NCBI GenBank assembly: GCA_964394085.1
Contig: CAYMWF010000025.1
Span: 1 to 32,000 of the forward strand
Length of the DNA: 32,000 nucleotides
Source: an uncultured Gemmatimonadota bacterium
GTDB lineage: Bacteria > GCA-2686955 > CAYMWF01
Direction of reading: 5' to 3'
The position numbers and the translations under genes are program-made. This document shows, in pieces, positions 25,570 through 32,000 of this stretch. The notes below the pieces were generated by a model. That model saw only the letters and a program-made list of their open reading frames with translations. It was not told the origin of the DNA and made no database searches. Every line of letters begins with the position of its first letter. The first letter of the stretch is position 1.

Positions 25570-25904
25570 CTCGCCCGATCGAATTGCAGCAGATGATTTC
25601 GCAGGCCAAGGCCGCGGAAAAAATGCAGCGGGTCGCTCAGCACCAGCCCGCCGAGGAGCAGAAAAAGTTCGCCAAAGATCTCGAAGAGAAGTCGAAGCAG
25701 GCCACGGAAAAACCGACCGACGCCGAGGGGAGCGAGCAGGCGACGATAAAAGACCGGCAGGATAAAAAGAACGAGCGGAAAAAAGATGAGAAAAAAAAGA
25801 ACCGCAAGAGCGGAAAGCAGAAAAAGGCAGACCCCGAAAAGCATGCGGATGGTCAAAAAGATGAAGATATACCGATCGGAGGAGTCGTCGACATCAGGGC
25901 GTAG
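25566..25904 (+). CDS. Hypothetical highly charged K/E-rich protein (112 aa), translationally coupled to fliA
   Basis: Its ATG overlaps the fliA stop (ATGA). The N-terminal ~40 aa look amphipathic and helical (MTRPIELQQMISQAKAAEKMQRVAQ); the rest is low-complexity K/E/D/Q. An A8 tract lies at 25791-25798. Confidence 0.55.
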   Translation: MTRPIELQQMISQAKAAEKMQRVAQHQPAEEQKKFAKDLEEKSKQATEKPTDAEGSEQATIKDRQDKKNERKKDEKKKNRKSGKQKKADPEKHADGQKDEDIPIGGVVDIRA

Positions 25905-26484
25905 GGGTTATTTCACGGGTTTATTCCTCGTGATCATGACCATTTCAGCCGGATGCGGTCCGAAGGATCTCCCGCCGGTTACCGAGAGACCGGGAATCGA
26001 CGTGATGGTCGTTTACGGCGAAGGCACGGAATGCCCGCCGAACCCGGAAGCGATACTCGCTGAAATATTCGAAACGACACCCGAGTTCTCAGCGGTAAGA
26101 ATTTACGGAGCGCAGCAGCTGCCGGAGTGGTCCAAGGTTGATCCTCCGGGCGCTTCCCCCTTTCTTCTCTGCCATATCACCGGTGGGAATCGTTCGTGGA
26201 AACGTGGACCGTATATCCCGTGGATCGTCGATTTCCCCTCGATATCGAGTGAGTTCAGGGCCAGGGCGGTATATTACCCCCCCGGCGGAACACCCGTCGA
26301 AAACTACGATATCAGCGGTGCGAGCCGGCTGCGGCTCGGCATCCGCTTTACACCGGTGAGACCGGCGGAATACGAGTTGTGGCCCGGCGAGGCCGCGCTT
26401 GCAAGATCCAGAGAAACCGCGTTCCGGAAACTTTGTCTGGAGCTGGGGCGGATGGCGGGACGGCTGTCCCGGTCGGAGGATTGA
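25861..26484 (+). CDS. Hypothetical secreted or lipoprotein with lipobox-like ISAGC; start uncertain
   Basis: A hydrophobic segment (GLFLVIMTISAG) is followed by Cys. In-frame ATGs occur at 25843, 25849 and 25861, none with a strong SD. The frame is open back to 25786, so it overlaps the upstream gene. The remaining ~175 aa match no family I recognise. Confidence 0.5.
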   Translation: MKIYRSEESSTSGRRGYFTGLFLVIMTISAGCGPKDLPPVTERPGIDVMVVYGEGTECPPNPEAILAEIFETTPEFSAVRIYGAQQLPEWSKVDPPGASPFLLCHITGGNRSWKRGPYIPWIVDFPSISSEFRARAVYYPPGGTPVENYDISGASRLRLGIRFTPVRPAEYELWPGEAALARSRETAFRKLCLELGRMAGRLSRSED

Positions 26485-26533
26485 TCCGCCGCTCGAAGCC
26501 GCTCAGAGGTCAGAGCGGCAGGAGGAAAGGTTC

Positions 26534-28000
26534 ATGAACAATCAGAACCGAATCGACCCTGGCGATCTCGCCAACCTGATCCCCAGGTTCTTCACCATCA
26601 ATATCCCGCCGGACAACATGCTGGTCGAGGGGATTTTGAAACCGAGAAAAACCGGCGTCCAGCTGCGGGATGAGATGCCTTTGCTTCTCCTGCTCAATTC
26701 ACTCGGTATCAGGTACGGTGTAATACCCGCCAATGTCCGGGGATTTGTCGAGGCGCTGGCGAAGCCGTCGGAAAAAGCAAAGACATTCGTTCTCGCCAGA
26801 GGGAAACAACCGGGATCCCACACACCTCCCAGGATGGAGCTCTTTTTCAAAAGACCGCTCGAAGAAATCAGGGAATTGACCCCCTTAAGCGGAGATGAGT
26901 TCAGGCAGAAAATTTTCGACAAGATCCTCATCCGGAAGGACGGCATAGCGGCCCGGGTTTACAAGCCTGAGCGCAGCAGTCCGGGAATCACGGTAAAAAG
27001 ACAGGAACTGCCAGCCATACAGGGAACGCCGCCGCCGCTTACATTCAAACGCGGGTTCAGAGACGAAGCACGAACCGACCACGTGGAATACACGGCGGTC
27101 AGGGATGGGATTCCCCGGATATACGGCAGCACCGTGATCCAGGTGCCTATCCAGACCGTGGATAAAACTCTCGTAATCCAGAGCCCGGAAGAATACCAGA
27201 CCAACCTTTTCGTGGCGGGTGATATCACCGGCGAAGGTGATCTCAAGGTCGACGGCAGCCTGTATGTCCAGGGGAAAGTGCTCAATACGAATCTCGACGT
27301 CACAGGAAACATTATCGTGGCGGACCGGGTCATGGGTCGTAAAAAGTCACGGATGGTCTGCAAGGGACATTTCAGCGCGGGTCAGATCGAGGGAGTGGAG
27401 CTGAAGGCTGACGGCATTATCGTCGTCCGCGAAGCACTGTTCAATTCGAGTGTCGTGGGAGATCTGGGAGTGGAGGTTGTCGACGGCAGCGGAGCGATCG
27501 TGGGAGGAAACGTGGAGAGCTGCGGACGAATAAAGGCCAGGAGGGTCGGTACCGCGAGAGGCGTCCGCACGGTGCTTCAGATGCGGGACCAGCTCAAATA
27601 CAGAAAAGATCTGCATAACATTCAGGAAACGATCAAAGAGCTTCTCAACAGTATCAGTCTTGTCGAGCGGATTATCAATTCTCTCAAGCAGACTTCCCCG
27701 CAAAACCAGATCCTCGCCCGCAAACAGCAGCACAAGATACATGAAATGCTTGAGAAGCGGATGCATCTGCTGACCAAGATAACCGCCGCGCGGGCGATAG
27801 AGAATCATTACTCCGATTACACTGAATCGATGAAAAACAAACGAATCGAAGTTCTCGACAACATTTATCCGGGAGTTGAGATCAAGTTCAACGACATGAT
27901 GCAGGAAATTCTCAACGATACCGGTGCAATCGAAATAACGGGAATCGAAGAATCGAATGAGAAGATCGGGAACGAGGAGATTAATAATGAAAGACGATAG
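26534..28000 (+). CDS. DUF342/FapA-like (flagellar assembly protein A family) protein
   Basis: 488 aa from ATG 26534, preceded by AGGAGGA. The N-terminal FapA_N-like region reads NMLVEGILKP...LNSLGIRYGVIPANV...ARGKQPG. A central beta-helix-like repeat region follows (GDITGEGDLKVDGSLYVQGKV...VTGNIIVADRV...IVGGNVESCGRIKARRVGTARGVRTVLQM). It ends with a coiled coil and a C-terminal IEVLDNIYPGVEIKFND. Confidence 0.72.
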   Translation: MNNQNRIDPGDLANLIPRFFTINIPPDNMLVEGILKPRKTGVQLRDEMPLLLLLNSLGIRYGVIPANVRGFVEALAKPSEKAKTFVLARGKQPGSHTPPRMELFFKRPLEEIRELTPLSGDEFRQKIFDKILIRKDGIAARVYKPERSSPGITVKRQELPAIQGTPPPLTFKRGFRDEARTDHVEYTAVRDGIPRIYGSTVIQVPIQTVDKTLVIQSPEEYQTNLFVAGDITGEGDLKVDGSLYVQGKVLNTNLDVTGNIIVADRVMGRKKSRMVCKGHFSAGQIEGVELKADGIIVVREALFNSSVVGDLGVEVVDGSGAIVGGNVESCGRIKARRVGTARGVRTVLQMRDQLKYRKDLHNIQETIKELLNSISLVERIINSLKQTSPQNQILARKQQHKIHEMLEKRMHLLTKITAARAIENHYSDYTESMKNKRIEVLDNIYPGVEIKFNDMMQEILNDTGAIEITGIEESNEKIGNEEINNERR

Positions 28001-29183
28001 TGTTCAGGTGATCATTCACTCATTGTTTGAAAACATGAAGGGAGTCGGGATTCTGGATGAACCGGCGTATGAATCTCTTGTAAAGACACTCCGACGCGTT
28101 CCCTCCAAGGGAAACAGAACCAGAGAAACCCGAATCGAACAGGTCCTCGTCAAACTGAATAAACATTTCACGAAACCTATTCCGATCGCCAAGTCGGATA
28201 ACGAAGTCGGCGTGCTTTACCGAATCAGTAAACTGCTCGAGAAAGAACAGAACAGAAAGGACTTTCTCGAGGATCTTCTGAAAGAAGTCCATACGGTGGT
28301 ACCCTTCGAATCGGCAACGATATTTATCGAGAATGAAAAGGACGGCGGAGTCGAACCCGTGTATACATGGGGCGAGACTGTCGACCTGATCCAGGAATTC
28401 AAGTTCGGAAACGGCGCCGGCTTCTCCTCCTGGCTGACCCTTTCCGGACGGCCGATCCTCTTATCCGAGCTGCATGGATCCGGCATGCAGGAATCGCGCT
28501 CGGTCAGGTCGTTCATGGCGTTTCCCCTCGCATCGAGGGGCCATTCGTACGGTGCGTTCCACCTCGGTCACAGTAAAGTCGGCTTCTTCACATCCGAACA
28601 TTTCGAAATGCTCAAGCTCATTGTCAGACAACTGTCGAGCACGATTGAGCGATATCTCCACTTCCACCGTTTTATAGATCTTTCTTACACCGACGAATTG
28701 ACCGGTCTCAACAACAGGAGATACATCCAGCAGAAGCTGGATGAAGAACTGGCCAGATCCCGCCGATACGGCAGGATTTTTTCCTTGATCATGGCCGATA
28801 TAGATCATTTCAAATCATATAACGACAGGTTCGGACACCCGACCGGTGATCTGGTGCTCAAGGAGATCAGCGACCTGCTCCTCACCAGTGTACGCCGCTC
28901 GGATACGGTGGGCAGGTTCGGCGGTGAAGAGTTTCTCATAATTCTGCCCGAAACACCTCTTACCCATGCAAAGCTCCTGGCTTCACGGCTGCGACGAGGA
29001 ATCAGTCTCCTGCACCGGCGTATCGATTCGAAACTGAATACTCCCGTCACTGCGAGCTTCGGAGTATCGAGCTGGGGCAGCAATCCGAAAACGTCATGCA
29101 ATATTCTCGAAACAGTCGATCAGGCGCTGTACAAGGCCAAATCGAACGGCAGGAACAGGGTTGAGTATTGCAAGACCGGCTGA
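27987..29183 (+). CDS. GAF-GGDEF diguanylate cyclase
   Basis: 398 aa from ATG 27987, with GGAGA 7 nt upstream and a 14-nt overlap with the DUF342 gene. The GGDEF domain has ADIDHFKSYNDRFGHPTGD, an active site GGEEF (28920-28934) and an I-site RRSD exactly 5 residues upstream. The central region is GAF-like. Confidence 0.9.
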   Translation: MKDDSVQVIIHSLFENMKGVGILDEPAYESLVKTLRRVPSKGNRTRETRIEQVLVKLNKHFTKPIPIAKSDNEVGVLYRISKLLEKEQNRKDFLEDLLKEVHTVVPFESATIFIENEKDGGVEPVYTWGETVDLIQEFKFGNGAGFSSWLTLSGRPILLSELHGSGMQESRSVRSFMAFPLASRGHSYGAFHLGHSKVGFFTSEHFEMLKLIVRQLSSTIERYLHFHRFIDLSYTDELTGLNNRRYIQQKLDEELARSRRYGRIFSLIMADIDHFKSYNDRFGHPTGDLVLKEISDLLLTSVRRSDTVGRFGGEEFLIILPETPLTHAKLLASRLRRGISLLHRRIDSKLNTPVTASFGVSSWGSNPKTSCNILETVDQALYKAKSNGRNRVEYCKTG

Positions 29184-29191
29184 GCTGCAAG

Positions 29192-29233
29192 CCGATTCGC
29201 GTCCGCCGGCGCAGCGAATGACGGTACTTTTTT
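29192..29233 (+). terminator. Possible weak intrinsic terminator ending the long operon
   Basis: An imperfect hairpin (CCG-ATTCGC ... GCGAAT-ga-CGG) with a 13-nt loop is followed 3 nt later by T6 (tacTTTTTT). It lies just after the GGDEF stop codon. Stability was not computed. Confidence 0.3.
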
Positions 29234-29373
29234 CCCACCGGGGCACATTTTACCTCCTCCAGGTGCTCTATTTACCCCGACATTTTGTTATCTCTTATTT
29301 ATGTAACCCCCTACTTTCTTTATTTTACAACACGTTGCACAACCAACACGCCTTGCAGGTTCTTCAGCTCAAC

Positions 29374-29389
29374 TGGCACGCCTCTTGCG
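29374..29389 (+). promoter_or_regulatory. Candidate sigma-54 (RpoN) -24/-12 promoter for flgF-flgG-flgA
   Basis: TGGCACGcctcTTGCg matches TGGCACG-N4-TTGC at every specified position except the final W. It lies about 42 bp upstream of the flgF GTG, in a 247-bp intergenic region with an A/T-rich tract upstream. Confidence 0.75.
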
Positions 29390-29430
29390 GTTCAGAACGG
29401 GCAAGGTAACCACCGGCGACCCGGAAAGGG

Positions 29431-30141
29431 GTGATTAAAGTGATCAAAGGACTTTGGCACGCACGGCAGGGAATCAACCCCGCCATCGACCGCCAGGAAA
29501 TCATTTCCAACAATATCGCCAACGCGGGCACACCCGGCTTTAAAAAAGATCGCCTCTTCGTGAAGCTCCTTGAAAAGGAAACAGAGCGGATCGAGATGAG
29601 GTTCGGCACTGATTTCCGGAGAGGAGCCACGGTAAACACCGGCAAGCCGTACGACCTGTCGATAGAAGGGGAAAAAGCCTTTTTCGCGGTTTCGACCCCC
29701 AACGGAGAAAGATACACCCGGAACGGGAGCTTCACGGTGAACGCCAACGGCGAGCTTTCCACCGGCGACGGATACCCCGTCCTCTCCGACTCCGGTCCGG
29801 TGCCTGTAAGCGGCGGCCGTTTCACCGTCAGGGAGAGCGGCCGGATTATCGTAGACGGCGTTCCCGTCGGAAGGCTGAAAGTAGTCGACATCCCCGACAC
29901 CACGGTGCTGCTCAAGGAAGGCAACGCACTTTTCCGGTTAAAAGAAGACGCGGCGGCGCCCGATGAACCAGGGACTTCGATCGTGGTGCGGCAGGGTTAC
30001 ATTGAAGAATCGAATGTCAACCCGGTGAGTGAAATGGTTTCGATGATTGAGAGTTTCAGGCTTTACGAAGCGAATCAGAAGGCCGGCTCGATCCAGGACG
30101 AGTCCGTAAGGAAAGCGGTCGGTGAAGTCGGCGCCGTATAG
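29431..30141 (+). CDS. flgF: Flagellar rod protein, FlgF-like
   Basis: 236 aa with N-terminal IISNNIANAGTPGFKKD and C-terminal GYIEESNVNPVSEMVSMIESFRLYEANQK. The start is GTG 29431 or GTG 29440; the latter is better spaced from GAAAGGGG. Confidence 0.85.
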   Translation: MIKVIKGLWHARQGINPAIDRQEIISNNIANAGTPGFKKDRLFVKLLEKETERIEMRFGTDFRRGATVNTGKPYDLSIEGEKAFFAVSTPNGERYTRNGSFTVNANGELSTGDGYPVLSDSGPVPVSGGRFTVRESGRIIVDGVPVGRLKVVDIPDTTVLLKEGNALFRLKEDAAAPDEPGTSIVVRQGYIEESNVNPVSEMVSMIESFRLYEANQKAGSIQDESVRKAVGEVGAV

Positions 30142-30180
30142 GCCAGAGCAGGCGGCGTCAGCCGCTGACAGGAGAAAATC

Positions 30181-30960
30181 ATGCTCCACGCGATGAGAAC
30201 AGCATCCACAGGGATGTTCTCCCAGCAGAAGAATATCGACACGATCGCCCATAACCTCGCCAACGTAAACACCGCCGGGTTCAAAAAGGGCAAAATCGAA
30301 TTCCAGGATCTCCTTTACCAGACGCTCCGTGAAGCGGGAGGCGGGGAAGGCGAGCCGCCGGCGCCCATCCAGATCGGCAACGGGGTCAGGATCGCCGCAT
30401 CGCAGAGGATGTTCACCCAGGGGGACGTCTTCGAAACCGGCAACCCGCTTGACCTGATGATCGAAGGCGACGGATTCTTCCAGGTCTCCAGGCCCGACGG
30501 AAGCATCGCCTATTCCAGGGACGGCTCCTTCAAGCTGTCGGCGGACGGACAGATCGTCACCTCGATGGGTTACGCCCTCGAACCCGATCTCACCCTTCCT
30601 TCGGATACAAGCGGAATAATGGTTACGCCGGACGGCATCGTATACGCTCAGATCGCCAATGAAACCGAACCGGTGGAAGCGGGTGAGCTCACTCTCGTCA
30701 GATTCATCAATCCCGGCGGTCTCGAGAGCATCGGAGGCAACCTGTTTCTTCAGACCCAGGCCTCGGGGAGTCCGCTGCTCGGCGCTCCCGGCGAAGAAGG
30801 CCTCGGAATACTGCATCCGGGTTATCTCGAAGCATCGAACGTATCGGTGGTCGAGGAGATGGTAAACATGATCCTTGCCCAGCGTGCATACGAGATAAGC
30901 TCGAAAGCGATCCAGACTTCGGATGAAATGCTTTCAATCGCCAACAATCTGAGGAGATAA
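30181..30960 (+). CDS. flgG: Flagellar distal rod protein FlgG
   Basis: 259 aa with N-terminal TGMFSQQKNIDTIAHNLANVNTAGFKK, an internal FINPGGLESIGGNLF, and C-terminal GYLEASNVSVVEEMVNMILAQRAYEISSKAIQTSDEML. Confidence 0.93.
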   Translation: MLHAMRTASTGMFSQQKNIDTIAHNLANVNTAGFKKGKIEFQDLLYQTLREAGGGEGEPPAPIQIGNGVRIAASQRMFTQGDVFETGNPLDLMIEGDGFFQVSRPDGSIAYSRDGSFKLSADGQIVTSMGYALEPDLTLPSDTSGIMVTPDGIVYAQIANETEPVEAGELTLVRFINPGGLESIGGNLFLQTQASGSPLLGAPGEEGLGILHPGYLEASNVSVVEEMVNMILAQRAYEISSKAIQTSDEMLSIANNLRR

Positions 30961-30961
30961 C

Positions 30962-31942
30962 TTGAGGAGGCTTTTCCACCGATATGGCGTGATGCTCCTG
31001 CTGGCGGCCTGCGCCGTTTCAGTTGCTTCGGCGACCGCACCTCCGGGAAGCGTCACCATTTCGCTTAAAACCTCCGCCATGGTTAACGAACCTGTCGTAT
31101 TTCTCGAAAACGTATCGTTATTTCCACTCCCTCCCCTGCTCGCCCTGACTCCCATCGCACAGGCTCCAGCGCCGGGTGCACGGATGCGGATAGACAGGAA
31201 ACGGGTCAGAAACGCAGTCCTTTCGACCGGCCGGTGGGAAAGAGGCGTGGAGTTCGATGGTGCCGTCCGGGTCGAAGTGGAACGGAAGGCCGTAGAAATA
31301 GGCTCTGAAAAACTCTGGGATGTCGCCGTGGAAACAGCGACCCGTGCCGTCGGAAAGAAAGTGGCGGACGGCACCGGGTTCAAACTCGTCCGGACCGGCA
31401 GGATGCTCCCGGTCCTGGTTCCGGACAAACCTTACCGTATCGAAGCCGCAGAGCCATCCGGCGGGCTGCGCGGCGGCGAACCTGTTTTCGTCAGGCTGTT
31501 CATCAGGCCGGATGAAGACCCGTACCCGGTTATCGGCAGAACCGCGTCGTTTTCAGTGCATTGGCTGACCCCGGTCCTGGTAGCGCGCAAGACCGTGGCG
31601 GCGGGTTCGGAGCTGACAGGGGATATCGTATCGCTGGAAAAAAGAGAAATCACCGGCAGGATCGAGGATTTCCTGAGGGAAATGCCCTCAGGCTGCAGGG
31701 CCCGCAGGAGAATTACGGCAGGTTCGGCAATCCTGCAGCGGTCCATCGAACCGCTGCCGACGGTAGAAGAAGGCGAGCGCGTTACAGCGTTCTGGCGCAG
31801 CGGCACCATTCATCTGTCACTGGAAGCTAAAGCGCTCGAGGACGGCTGGCCCGGCTCCAGGATCAAGGTTCTCGACAGGGACAGACGGAGAATCCTGTCG
31901 GGAAAAGTCACCCAGGATGGAAGCGTGGCGCTTACGCTTTGA
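30962..31942 (+). CDS. flgA: Flagellar P-ring assembly chaperone FlgA
   Basis: 326 aa with a signal peptide (LLLAACAVSVASA) and a C-terminal SAF/FlgA region (VLVARKTVAAGSELT...ITAGSAILQRSIE...VEEGERV...EDGWPGSRIKVLDRDRRRILSGKVTQDGSV). The TTG start has GAGGAG 6 nt upstream. Confidence 0.8.
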   Translation: MRRLFHRYGVMLLLAACAVSVASATAPPGSVTISLKTSAMVNEPVVFLENVSLFPLPPLLALTPIAQAPAPGARMRIDRKRVRNAVLSTGRWERGVEFDGAVRVEVERKAVEIGSEKLWDVAVETATRAVGKKVADGTGFKLVRTGRMLPVLVPDKPYRIEAAEPSGGLRGGEPVFVRLFIRPDEDPYPVIGRTASFSVHWLTPVLVARKTVAAGSELTGDIVSLEKREITGRIEDFLREMPSGCRARRRITAGSAILQRSIEPLPTVEEGERVTAFWRSGTIHLSLEAKALEDGWPGSRIKVLDRDRRRILSGKVTQDGSVALTL

Positions 31943-32000
31943 GCCTGTTTTTTCGCTCCGCATGTGATACCGGAGCAAGACGCACCGAAATGAGCGGGAG

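Noticed and set aside
29390-29430. c-di-GMP (GEMM-type) riboswitch in the flgF leader, prompted by acgggcaaggtaacc...ggaaagggg and the adjacent GGDEF gene
   Set aside because: The leader downstream of the predicted sigma-54 start is only ~30-40 nt, far too short for a GEMM aptamer. The resemblance is limited to a GGGCAA hexamer.

Overview
The window is almost entirely one co-directional (+ strand) flagellar superoperon of about 29 kb. It is followed by a second, separately promoted rod and P-ring chaperone unit. Gene order: flgB-flgC-[88-aa unknown]-fliE-fliF-fliG-fliH-fliI-fliJ-[FlbB/YlxF-like]-fliK-flgD-[TIGR02530-like]-flgE-motA-motB-fliL-fliM-fliN-fliO-fliP-fliQ-fliR-flhB-flhA-flhF-flhG-fliA-[K/E-rich unknown]-[putative lipoprotein]-[DUF342/FapA-like]-[GAF-GGDEF cyclase], then a possible terminator, then flgF-flgG-flgA. 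Genes are tightly packed, with many ATGA or short overlaps and GGAG-type ribosome-binding sites. No convincing minus-strand gene exists; the long antisense ORFs look like GC-bias artefacts. Two near-consensus sigma-54 (-24/-12) promoters are readable by eye, one upstream of flgB and one upstream of flgF. The first ~300 bp hold an edge-truncated 74-75 bp non-coding tandem repeat. Items most worth a second look: (1) the four-gene module after fliA, where an A8 tract lies exactly where two ORFs overlap, and a 1-nt change would give a sigma-coupled single-pass membrane protein resembling an anti-sigma factor; (2) a 900-aa hook protein with four repeated insertion modules; (3) an extra small gene inside the flgBC-fliE core; (4) the repeat array and candidate enhancer motifs upstream of the flgB sigma-54 promoter; (5) an NPTR variant of the FlhB autocleavage motif. 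All protein calls rest on motif and architecture recognition by eye plus synteny. No database search, HMM scan or folding calculation was run.
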